Origin: Bdellovibrio sp.
GTDB taxonomy: Bacteria > Bdellovibrionota > Bdellovibrionia > Bdellovibrionales > Bdellovibrionaceae
DNA length: 64,000 nucleotides
Reading direction: 5' to 3'
NCBI GenBank assembly: GCA_036676395.1
Contig: JAKFCY010000002.1
Span: 448,001-512,000 of the forward strand
The stretch's first letter is position 1, and the number at the start of each line of letters is the position of its first letter. Under the pieces are notes generated by a model. It did not search any database and had not been told where the DNA came from. It was given only the letters and a program-made list of their open reading frames with translations. This document shows positions 55,551 to 64,000 of the stretch, in pieces. A program made the translations under genes and the position numbers.

Positions 55551-55922
55551 TTACGACGGTTTATATACGCCAAAGTAAGCTGCGGTGATAAAGATTGCCA
55601 TTAATAAGAAATACATAGGCCAGCCAAGTTGGCCTTTTCTTTTTAATAACGAGATGATTCCGCCCATGATTAACCAGATCACTAGTTTTACGTAGATCCA
55701 AGAAGGCAAGCCACTACTGTGCATGAAGCCCATGCGCGCTAATAAACCGAAACCACTGACTAACATAAATAATAAACCCACGCCGTGAGTGACGAAGGCG
55801 AAAATTTTTACTTTGCCAGCGATTTGGTGGCCTGACCAAGCAAGCACTAACATTCCCACTAACCCTGACGTCAGCAAGAAGATTCCTGTTAAGTGAAGCA
55901 TTTTATAAATTTCGTATGGCAT
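55551..55922 (-). CDS. Small 4-TM membrane protein (SirB2-like)
   Basis: YKMLHL, HGVGL, WIYVKL, C-terminal YKP. Confidence 0.65.
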   Translation of the reverse strand: MPYEIYKMLHLTGIFLLTSGLVGMLVLAWSGHQIAGKVKIFAFVTHGVGLLFMLVSGFGLLARMGFMHSSGLPSWIYVKLVIWLIMGGIISLLKRKGQLGWPMYFLLMAIFITAAYFGVYKPS

Positions 55923-55926
55923 GGTG

Positions 55927-57009
55927 TTAGTCTCCTTCGTTGAGTCCTAAGTGTTTTAGAATTTTCGCAACTTGTTTACGTATTTTTGGTAAACTTTGTT
56001 GCGACATCATAATCTTTAAATTTTCTTTGTGATCTATTTGCGGGTAACCGCCGTAGACGCCTGATTTTTCGATCGAGCTGACTACGCCAGTGCGTCCAGT
56101 TAGAATTACATTATCGGCTACAGTTAAGTGGCCTAGAACGCCAACGCTTCCGGCTGCGGTGACTTGGCGGCCGATTTTTGTAGAGCCTGCCACGATAAAC
56201 CCAGCGGCGATGAGAGCGTTTTCGCCGATGTCGCAGTTATGTGCGATGTGAATAAAGTTATCAAACTTTGAACCTTTGCGGATACGGGTTTCGGTCATCG
56301 TTGCGCGATCAACCGCACATTGAGCGCCGAATTCACAATTGTCTTCGATGATCACTTGGCCGATTTGGGCAATCTTATGATGAGTGCCTTGTTTATCAGT
56401 TACGAAACCAAAACCGTCAGAGCCAAAAACATTTTGTGGGCCGATCACACAGTTTTTGCCGATATGACAGTTGAAACCCAGAAAAACTTGGGCTGATAAT
56501 TTTGTGTTGTCGCCAATTGTAGAATCATTTTCTAAAATAGTTTGGGCGCCGATAATACAATTATCGCCGATCACCACGTTTTTTCCGATTACGGCAAAAG
56601 GTTCGATGGTGACGTTTTTTCCAACACGAGCGGTGGGGTCAACAAAAGCTTGCGGGTGGATTCCGGAATTAACTGGTTTGTAGCCGTTAAAATTTTTTAA
56701 CACTTCAGCCATTGCGGTGTGCACATTTGCGGTTGTCCAAACGGATTTACTTTTATCGATAACGTTTTGAACGAGTGGGAGTAGTTTTTCAGGAATGATA
56801 TAACCTAGAGCATTTTGTTTAATGGCAATTTGTAAAAGCTCATCTGTGTTGGCGAAAACTAAACTAGTGGCATTCGCCTGTGCCGGGGGCGCCACTTGAG
56901 TAAATAAGCTGCTTTGCGATTGGACGAGTTTAAGTGAAGGGCAAGCTGCTGTAAGGGTCTCTGAAGAGACTGACGTCATAAGAGGTCTTTGATTCGCTTG
57001 TAAATTCAT
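55927..57009 (-). CDS. lpxD: UDP-3-O-acylglucosamine N-acyltransferase
   Basis: Hexapeptide repeats; GSDGFGF, DRAT, HIAHNC. Confidence 0.95.
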   Translation of the reverse strand: MNLQANQRPLMTSVSSETLTAACPSLKLVQSQSSLFTQVAPPAQANATSLVFANTDELLQIAIKQNALGYIIPEKLLPLVQNVIDKSKSVWTTANVHTAMAEVLKNFNGYKPVNSGIHPQAFVDPTARVGKNVTIEPFAVIGKNVVIGDNCIIGAQTILENDSTIGDNTKLSAQVFLGFNCHIGKNCVIGPQNVFGSDGFGFVTDKQGTHHKIAQIGQVIIEDNCEFGAQCAVDRATMTETRIRKGSKFDNFIHIAHNCDIGENALIAAGFIVAGSTKIGRQVTAAGSVGVLGHLTVADNVILTGRTGVVSSIEKSGVYGGYPQIDHKENLKIMMSQQSLPKIRKQVAKILKHLGLNEGD

Positions 57010-57120
57010 GCTGTTAGAGTAATGCTTTGCAACAGAAAAGACAGCATTTTACTTGTCCGAGACATGGCGCAGGATATACATAAATAGTTGATTAGATAAA
57101 TAAGACATTATTTCACGGAG

Positions 57121-57744
57121 ATGATAATGGCTAAAAAAGCAACTGCATCAAAAAAAGCAACTAAACCTGTAGCTAAACCTGCAGCCAAAGCTGCAGCAAA
57201 AAAACCGGAAGCTAAAAAAGCGGCTCCGGCGGTAAAGGCATCAGCTAAACCAATAGCTAAGCCTGCACCTGCAAAAGCGAAAGCAGCTGCCCCTAAAGTC
57301 GCAAAACCTGCAGCAAAACCAACAAAAGCCACTCCAGTTTCTAAAAGTGAAGCAGTTAAACCTGCTTTGATGACTAAAAAAGGTAAAGCTGAAGAGGTTG
57401 TAGAGCCAAAAGATCAGGGCGATCTGCTTATTGAAAAAGCCAAAGAAGAAATGGCGAACATCAACAGCGCGAAAAATGCCGCTGAAAAAAACGCTAAAGT
57501 TAAACCAATTAAAATTGAACGTGGAAATGCTGCTGATGAAAAAGCTAAATGGCAGGAGCTGTTTAAACGTCACGGAAAAGACAAAGCGAACTCTTATAAA
57601 ATGACAGATAGTTTTGACGCTATGAAGCCTCTACAGCATAAAGTATTGGGTTGGGGATTTATTTTAAGCAATGAAAATAACCGCCTAGAAGTTCTGTTTG
57701 AAAACGGAATAAAAATGTTGATTAGTAACTACAAGCCCTCTTAA
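57121..57744 (+). CDS. Protein with histone H1-like A/K/P-rich N-terminus and Tudor-like C-terminal domain
   Basis: KPAAK-type repeats over ~80 aa; C-terminal HKVLGWGFI...LEVLFENGIKML. Confidence 0.7.
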   Translation: MIMAKKATASKKATKPVAKPAAKAAAKKPEAKKAAPAVKASAKPIAKPAPAKAKAAAPKVAKPAAKPTKATPVSKSEAVKPALMTKKGKAEEVVEPKDQGDLLIEKAKEEMANINSAKNAAEKNAKVKPIKIERGNAADEKAKWQELFKRHGKDKANSYKMTDSFDAMKPLQHKVLGWGFILSNENNRLEVLFENGIKMLISNYKPS

Positions 57745-57755
57745 TATATTCGTGC

Positions 57756-57977
57756 ATGTCAAAAGATGATTTAGTTACTTTAGATGGAAAAGTGGTGGAT
57801 GCTCTTGCTGGAGGCCTGTACAAGGTAGAGTTAGAGTCAAACAAAGTTGTGGTGAGTGCCAAACTTTGCGGAAAAATGCGCCGATTTAATATCCGAATCG
57901 TCGTTGGAGATCGTGTGAGTGTCGGAGTTTCTCCGTACGATCCAACCCACGGCCTCATCATGTACCGTCATAAATAA
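57756..57977 (+). CDS. infA: Translation initiation factor IF-1
   Basis: GKMRR..IRI..GDRV....SPYD. Confidence 0.95.
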   Translation: MSKDDLVTLDGKVVDALAGGLYKVELESNKVVVSAKLCGKMRRFNIRIVVGDRVSVGVSPYDPTHGLIMYRHK

Positions 57978-58055
57978 TATAACTAAGAAATTTCTCGTCA
58001 CAGCCCCACAACACAGATAAAATTATCAAAAACATAAAAGAGTCACAGAGGTTTT

Positions 58056-60449
58056 ATGGATCAAATGTTAGGTCAGTATTTAACTCGTTTTGTAACTTCA
58101 GTTCCGTTAAAATCGGCGGCTGCAGTATTAGAACTAGCAGCAGAAGGCGGTACAGTTCCGTTTATCGCCCGTTACCGTAAAGAAAAAACAGGTAACTTGG
58201 ATGAAGTGCAAATTCGCGCAGTTATCGAAGCAGCAGAAACTTTTGCTGAAGTTGTAAAGCGTAAAGCTTTCTTAGTAAAAGAGATCGGCGAGCAAAAGAA
58301 TTTAACGCCGGAAATCGAAAAGCGTATTACTCTTTCTTGGGATCTTAATGAACTTGAAGAGATCTATAAACCATTCAAGAAAAAGAAAAAAACCAAAGCT
58401 ACAGTAGCCCGCGATGCTGGTTTAGAACCCCTTGCGAACTGGATTTGGGATATGGGTCACGCAACTATTAAAGATCCTGCGACGATGGAAATCAAAGCAA
58501 AGTCTTTCTTAAACCCAGATCAAAAAATCGTAACTTACGAAGATGCTCTTAAAGGCGCTCAGGATATTATCGTTGAGAGAATTGCCAATGAGCCTTCATT
58601 GCGTGAAAAAGTTGTACAAAATTATTTTGAAAAAGGAAAAGTGGGCGCAAAAGCTGCGAAAGGCTTTAAACCAAATTCGAAATACGAAATGTACGCTAAA
58701 GACTACAGCGATTCTGTTAAAAATTTATTAGAAGAAAAAGCATCGCACAGATACATGGCGATGAAACGTGGTTGGGAAGAAGAAGAGTTAACTGTAGAGA
58801 TTTCTGCAGAAGACGACATCTTGTTAATGATGTACGAAAAATTCGCGACATCGACTCCAGAAAATGCTTTTGGAACTTATTTAAAAGAATCAGCTCGTTT
58901 AGCGATGAACGTTTATGTTGTTCCTTCGGTTAAAAATGAAGTGCATGCAAAACTTAAAGAAAAATCTGATGAACATGCGATTAAAGTTTTCGCTGAAAAC
59001 GTTCGCCGTGTATTATTAGGTTCTCCGTTCGGGCCACGTTGTGTACTTGGAGTCGATCCAGGTTTACGTACAGGTTGTAAGATTGCACTTATTGATAAAG
59101 GCGGAAACTTTGTGTCTCACACTGTGATGTACACATTAGGTGATAACGCTGAGCAAGCAGCTAAAACTTTGGTTAACGAGGTGACTAAGCAAATTAAAAT
59201 TGAAGCGATCGCAGTCGGTAACGGTACAGGCGGACGCGAAACTGAAATTTTCTTGAAAAAAGTTTTAAAAGATATCGGTAAAGCTGAAATTCCAGTTGTT
59301 ATGGTGAATGAATCAGGCGCTTCAGTGTATTCAGCTTCTGATGTGGCTCGTACGGAATTTCCGGATTTAGATATTACGGTAAGAGGCGCGATCTCGATTG
59401 CTCGTCGTTTACAAGATCCTTTAGCTGAGCTTGTGAAAATTGATCCGAAATCTATCGGTGTTGGCCAGTACCAACATGACGTTAATCAAACTCAACTAAA
59501 AAAAGGCCTGGAAGGCGTTGTTGAAAGTTGTGTGAATAACGTAGGTGTTGATGTGAATACAGCATCATCTTCATTATTAGCTCATGTTTCTGGTATCGGC
59601 CCAGGATTAGCTACTGCCATCGTTGAACACAGAAAGAAAAACGGTTTATTCACTGAACGTTCTGAATTATCTAAAGTTCCAAGATTTACGCCTAAAGTTT
59701 TTGAACAAGCTGCGGGTTTTTTAAGAATTTTAAATGGTAAAGTATTTCTAGATTCTACAGGCATTCATCCTGAGCGTTACTCTGCTGTTCGTGATATGGC
59801 TCAAGATTTAAATGTAAATTTAAATGAATTAGTCGGCGAAGGCGCAAAAAAACTTGTAGCAACAAGAACTAAATGGGCAAAAATCGTTGGTGAATTCACG
59901 TTCGATGATATTTATAAAGAATTAGAAAAACCAGGTCGTGATCCACGTGACCCATATAAAGTTTTCCAATTTAAAGATGATATTTTTGAAGTAAAAGATC
60001 TTAAAGAAGGAATGATTTGTCCGGGTATCGTGACAAATGTTACTAACTTTGGAGCTTTCGTTGATATCGGCGTTCACCAAGATGGTTTAGTGCATATCTC
60101 TGAACTTGCACACAAGTTCGTTGAAGATCCACGTAAAGTTGTTAATCCGGGTGATCAAGTGACTATTCGCGTATTAAAAGTTGATTTAGCGAAAAACCAA
60201 ATTGCTTTATCGATGAAACTCGAAGCTGCTCCAGATCATAAATCTTTCAGAGATATGAAAGAAGGGAATCCACGTCCTCAAGGCGATCGCCCACAAAATC
60301 GTGATGGCGGGCGCCCTCAAGGTGACCGTGGCGGGCAAAGACCGGGTGGTTTTGGTGGCGGTAACCGTGATCAACAACCTCGCGGCGGACAAGGCGGCAA
60401 CGGGTTTACAAATAATCCATTTGCGGCGTTGTTAACGAACAAAAAGTAA
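58056..60449 (+). CDS. tex: Tex-family transcription accessory protein
   Basis: TVPFIARYRKEKTG, DPGLRTGCK, ARRLQDPLAELVKIDPKSIGVGQYQHD, S1 domain, RG-rich tail. Confidence 0.96.
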   Translation: MDQMLGQYLTRFVTSVPLKSAAAVLELAAEGGTVPFIARYRKEKTGNLDEVQIRAVIEAAETFAEVVKRKAFLVKEIGEQKNLTPEIEKRITLSWDLNELEEIYKPFKKKKKTKATVARDAGLEPLANWIWDMGHATIKDPATMEIKAKSFLNPDQKIVTYEDALKGAQDIIVERIANEPSLREKVVQNYFEKGKVGAKAAKGFKPNSKYEMYAKDYSDSVKNLLEEKASHRYMAMKRGWEEEELTVEISAEDDILLMMYEKFATSTPENAFGTYLKESARLAMNVYVVPSVKNEVHAKLKEKSDEHAIKVFAENVRRVLLGSPFGPRCVLGVDPGLRTGCKIALIDKGGNFVSHTVMYTLGDNAEQAAKTLVNEVTKQIKIEAIAVGNGTGGRETEIFLKKVLKDIGKAEIPVVMVNESGASVYSASDVARTEFPDLDITVRGAISIARRLQDPLAELVKIDPKSIGVGQYQHDVNQTQLKKGLEGVVESCVNNVGVDVNTASSSLLAHVSGIGPGLATAIVEHRKKNGLFTERSELSKVPRFTPKVFEQAAGFLRILNGKVFLDSTGIHPERYSAVRDMAQDLNVNLNELVGEGAKKLVATRTKWAKIVGEFTFDDIYKELEKPGRDPRDPYKVFQFKDDIFEVKDLKEGMICPGIVTNVTNFGAFVDIGVHQDGLVHISELAHKFVEDPRKVVNPGDQVTIRVLKVDLAKNQIALSMKLEAAPDHKSFRDMKEGNPRPQGDRPQNRDGGRPQGDRGGQRPGGFGGGNRDQQPRGGQGGNGFTNNPFAALLTNKK

Positions 60450-60510
60450 TTTTAAATAGAAGTATATAAATAAGACCGGGATAAACCGGTCTAAAATAAA
60501 GGAAGACACC

Positions 60511-60621
60511 ATGGCATTAAAAGTTGGCGGAAAAAGCAAAACTAAGAAAAATAAATCAGCTCGTCACAAAGCTAAAAGAATCACTAAGAAAAAACGTATG
60601 ATCAAAGCTAATAAAAAGTAG
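60511..60621 (+). CDS. Unannotated 36-aa highly basic protein
   Basis: AAGGA RBS; MALKVGGKSKTKKNKSARHKAKRITKKKRMIKANKK; fills the tex-phosphatase gap. Confidence 0.7.
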   Translation: MALKVGGKSKTKKNKSARHKAKRITKKKRMIKANKK

Positions 60622-60637
60622 TTTTGAACTGTCGATT

Positions 60638-61249
60638 TTGAAAACTAAGAATCTTTTTCTTATTCGACATGGTGAAACGGATTGGAATCGTGCTAAACGG
60701 TTCCAAGGCCGCACCGATATCCCCTTAAATGATGAGGGGCGTGTACAAGCTCTTGGCTTGTGTTCACGTATGATAGAACTAAAAATTGATTTGGTTGTAT
60801 CTAGTTCTTTGTCGCGGGCTTATGAAACCGCTTTAATCGCGATCCAAGATGTTAAACTTCCGATCCAAAAAGATGATCGTCTGCAAGAAACCAATATTGG
60901 TGAAGCCGAAGGTCTTACGCATGAAGAAATTTCTGAAAAATTTGGCATTGGCCATATCGAACGTTGGCGTTCGTATGAAGAACGTGATTTGGATTTTAGA
61001 TACCCTAGCGGGGAGTCGAAAAGACAGATGATGGTCCGTGTGCGTGAGGCTGTTTTGGACATTGCGCAAAACAATTCACACCAAAATATAGCGGTGTTTG
61101 CTCATGGAATGGTTATGCGCGCTTTAACCTTCGCTTTTCACCAAGGTGTTGCATGGGATTTGTCGCAATTTCACAATGGCTGTATTCACCATTTTGTGTG
61201 GGACGACAAAAGGCCAGAACACATGAAATACATTGGTAAAGTAAATTAA
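60638..61249 (+). CDS. Histidine phosphatase family protein
   Basis: LIRHGETDWN, RAYETA, GES, AHG. Confidence 0.92.
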   Translation: MKTKNLFLIRHGETDWNRAKRFQGRTDIPLNDEGRVQALGLCSRMIELKIDLVVSSSLSRAYETALIAIQDVKLPIQKDDRLQETNIGEAEGLTHEEISEKFGIGHIERWRSYEERDLDFRYPSGESKRQMMVRVREAVLDIAQNNSHQNIAVFAHGMVMRALTFAFHQGVAWDLSQFHNGCIHHFVWDDKRPEHMKYIGKVN

Positions 61250-61276
61250 TCGTTTAAAATATCAGCAGGAGAATCT

Positions 61277-63097
61277 ATGCCTGCGTACTTTAAAAAAGTC
61301 TTTCTTAATTCAACCGGATCATTTTTACCAGGACCTGCCGTCAATAATGACGAAATGGATTCTTACATCGGTTCAATCAATACCCAGTCTAACCGAATCA
61401 AGCGCCGTATCTTAGCTGAAAATGGAATTAAATCACGTCACTACGGCATCGATAAAGAAGGCCGTACTATGTTTTCTTCTGCTGATATGGCAATCAAAGC
61501 GATCGAACATACTTTAGAAAATACCGGCGTAAAAATGGATGACGTTCAATTTTTAAGTACTGGCACCGTTGGTGCTGATATGGCCGCACCGGGTTTTGCG
61601 AATCTTGTGCAAGGGCAGTTGCGTGCAGCTCCAATGCAAACGATGAGTTTTCAAGGGATTTGTGCTTCGGGCGTAGCCGCTATGAAAGCTGCAGCTTCAG
61701 TTGTTGAGCTTGGTGAATTTGATAGATCAATGGCGGTAGCGACAGAGTTTCCGTCACGTTTATTTAAAGCATCTCGTTTTCAACAAGTTGAAGAAAACTT
61801 AGATTTTGATTCTCACTTTTTACGTTGGATGTTGTCTGATGGATCAGGTGCAGTGCTCATGGAAAATAAGCCGCGTGAGACGGGTATTTCATTAAAGCTA
61901 GATTGGATTCATTTAAAATCTTTCAGTGGTGATTACCCAACCTGTATGCAAATCGGTGCTCCATGGGGCAGTGGCAATAATAAAAGTTATTTAGATTATT
62001 CGTCATTAGCTGAAGCTGAAAAAGCTGGTTCATTTTTACTTCGCCAGGATATTCGCTTATTACCAAATTTATTTGATGTGGGTATCAGTGAATTTATTGA
62101 TTTAGTTTTAAAAAATGAAATTCAACCAAATGAAGTGGATCATTTCTTATGTCATTACTCTTCAGAGAGATTTTCTGGTGTTGTAAATACTTTGATGGAT
62201 AAAGCGGGTCTTCGCATTCCGCCAGAAAAATGGTTTAGCAACTTAACCAGTAAAGGCAATACAGGAGCTGCTTCAATTTTTATTATGCTTGATGAATTTA
62301 TGAAGACTAAAAAGCCTAAAATTGGTGAAAAGATTCTTTGTTTTATTCCTGAGTCTGGCCGCTTTACTGTTTCATTTATGTTGTTTGAAGTTATGGAAGA
62401 CGGAAAGTCTAAAAAAATTGAAAGACAAAAGCCAGAACGCAAATTAGTGGAAAACTTATTGTTAGAGCTAGGCAGTGTTTGGCACAGCTACCGCTCTAGT
62501 GTATTTCGCACAGAATTTGCGAATAAGATTTTTAATAATAATTTTTCTGTCGAAGATTACCAACAGTGGATGGAAAACTGGATTCCGCAGGTGCGCGAAG
62601 GTAGTATTTGGATGCGCACAGCGATTAAGAATTTATCGAATAAGTTTGAAGGCATTCAAGAATTAATTGAAGAGCATGCCGGCGAAGAGCAATTCGATTT
62701 TAAAGTATTATATGCCGATTACCAAAATTCAGGCGGAAAAAAAGATATTGACGATTTAAAGCGTAACCCAGGTGGCGAGGCTTTAAATAAATATATGTAC
62801 GAGCGCGCTAATGGCGTAAACCCGCTAGGGTTATTAGGTGGTATCTTTATCATTGAAGGAACAGGCCAAAAGATTATTCCGACGATGTTACCGTTCTTGA
62901 AAAAGAGCTTAAATTTGCAAATGAATGTCTTTAAGTTCTTAGAGTATCACGGTGAAAATGACGTGAAACATTTAGAACGTTGGGCAAATGCGGTTGAATT
63001 GGCTTTAACACTAGAGCCAGAAGCTTATCATGACATCTTAGCTACCGCTAAAGAAGTAGCTAGGCTTTACCACGCACAATGGGAGCAAGTACTATGA
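61277..63097 (+). CDS. KAS III-like (DarB/StlD-type) ketosynthase fused to a heme-oxygenase-like diiron domain
   Basis: GICASG (Cys), LCHYSS (His), GNTGAAS (Asn), FLRWMLSDG, PESGRF; C-terminal EHAGEE, IIEGTG, YHGENDVKH. Confidence 0.8.
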   Translation: MPAYFKKVFLNSTGSFLPGPAVNNDEMDSYIGSINTQSNRIKRRILAENGIKSRHYGIDKEGRTMFSSADMAIKAIEHTLENTGVKMDDVQFLSTGTVGADMAAPGFANLVQGQLRAAPMQTMSFQGICASGVAAMKAAASVVELGEFDRSMAVATEFPSRLFKASRFQQVEENLDFDSHFLRWMLSDGSGAVLMENKPRETGISLKLDWIHLKSFSGDYPTCMQIGAPWGSGNNKSYLDYSSLAEAEKAGSFLLRQDIRLLPNLFDVGISEFIDLVLKNEIQPNEVDHFLCHYSSERFSGVVNTLMDKAGLRIPPEKWFSNLTSKGNTGAASIFIMLDEFMKTKKPKIGEKILCFIPESGRFTVSFMLFEVMEDGKSKKIERQKPERKLVENLLLELGSVWHSYRSSVFRTEFANKIFNNNFSVEDYQQWMENWIPQVREGSIWMRTAIKNLSNKFEGIQELIEEHAGEEQFDFKVLYADYQNSGGKKDIDDLKRNPGGEALNKYMYERANGVNPLGLLGGIFIIEGTGQKIIPTMLPFLKKSLNLQMNVFKFLEYHGENDVKHLERWANAVELALTLEPEAYHDILATAKEVARLYHAQWEQVL

Positions 63098-63987
63098 TAG
63101 AAACGAATGACATGTTTGCGAATATGCAGCATGACCCGGATGATCCAAGTCCGTGGCAGGCCATGTATTTAGATCAAAGCACGCCACTTCGTCCGTCTTC
63201 AAAAACAATGTGGCTGATCAATTCGAGTTCGAATTCGCGCCAGTTTGTTCTGCCATTCGCAAGATTTATTGCGAAAATTATGATTATTACTTTTCAGATT
63301 ATTAAAGCGTTATCGCCGATTGATTGGCGTGCTTCACGTTTGTTGCATCAATTAATTTATTGGGGCTTAAAATATTTTGTTAAAAAAGAAGCGAACTATC
63401 TTATTTTACGACATTTTCATGCTGGCTCTGAGCTTTTAGGATTTATCGCAGGCAATGTGCCTGGTGCAAATATTCCGATGAATCCTTTAAAGCCTAAAAA
63501 TTTAGAAGCCCTTAAAGATAATTTATTTTTAACCCATGATCTGAATTTATATAATTTTGTGATTAATTTAAATCGCGAACTTAGAGAGAAAAATTTAAAA
63601 ATTAAACCGATTGCTTCACCGAATTTTTCAATGGTCACTGAAGGTGAATTTGATATCGAGATGCCTAAAGAAGGTTTATTTAATTTTATTGATTTAGAAA
63701 CGGCGATTGAAATTTATACTCCGGTGTATCAGTTCTTTTTAACGGATAATGATTTTTGGCGTGCCACAAATTCATTGCAACTAGATGAAACGATCGGCCT
63801 TTATGGTTCGACGATTTTAGGTTCGGATAAACATTTGTTATTGGTAAATAATAAACATCCGTTAGTGTCGCTGATCACCTTAAGTGCTGGATTTCGATTA
63901 GTGCTACATGGTTTATCAACTGAGATGGGGCATTGGCTATTAGTATCGAAAAAACTTGAACAGCGCGAAAAAGAGAAAACGGCTTAG
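63094..63987 (+). CDS. Hypothetical protein coupled to the KAS III fusion (DUF6999-like)
   Basis: ATGA overlap at 63094; DPSPW, ANYLILRHFH, HDLNLYNF, NSLQLDET motifs. Confidence 0.65.
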   Translation: MIETNDMFANMQHDPDDPSPWQAMYLDQSTPLRPSSKTMWLINSSSNSRQFVLPFARFIAKIMIITFQIIKALSPIDWRASRLLHQLIYWGLKYFVKKEANYLILRHFHAGSELLGFIAGNVPGANIPMNPLKPKNLEALKDNLFLTHDLNLYNFVINLNRELREKNLKIKPIASPNFSMVTEGEFDIEMPKEGLFNFIDLETAIEIYTPVYQFFLTDNDFWRATNSLQLDETIGLYGSTILGSDKHLLLVNNKHPLVSLITLSAGFRLVLHGLSTEMGHWLLVSKKLEQREKEKTA

Positions 63988-64000
63988 ATCATGAATTTAG

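Noticed and set aside
57121..57360. Repetitive DNA suggestive of a tandem repeat or CRISPR array
   Set aside because: Explained by low-complexity Ala/Lys/Pro coding; no constant repeat-spacer structure. No CRISPR array was seen anywhere in the window.

Overview
AT-rich bacterial chromosome segment. The 16S sequence, the pilM-Q/lepB x3/pyrB-carAB gene order and a TIGR02147-like gene point to Bdellovibrionaceae (Bdellovibrio/Pseudobdellovibrio-like); this is inference from recalled sequences, not a database result. Core content: end of the dcw cluster (murD-ftsW-murG-murC-murB), hpf, metK, lepA plus three tandem signal peptidases, pyrB-carA-carB, a type IVa pilus assembly cluster, tRNA-Ala followed by a full rRNA operon (16S-tRNA-Ile-23S-5S), tRNA-Pro, rpsR/rpmB/rplX, ETF-QO, an RlmL-like methylase, lpxD, infA and tex. 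The main find is a ~5.3 kb island integrated at tRNA-Pro, bounded by a 21-bp att direct repeat, with a frameshifted tyrosine-integrase remnant. It carries a four-gene operon (signal-peptide-bearing Cys/Thr-tailed small peptide, family-5 peptide-binding protein without signal peptide, minimal YcaO, membrane histidine kinase) and a Phd/RelE-type toxin-antitoxin pair: a candidate undescribed RiPP-based peptide signalling system. Also notable: a KAS III/heme-oxygenase-like diiron fusion at the right edge, an unannotated 36-aa very basic ORF, an H1-like/Tudor-like protein, a cassette flanked by twin terminators, and recurrent promoter/operator motifs. Family assignments come from motif recognition by eye; RNA gene ends are approximate.
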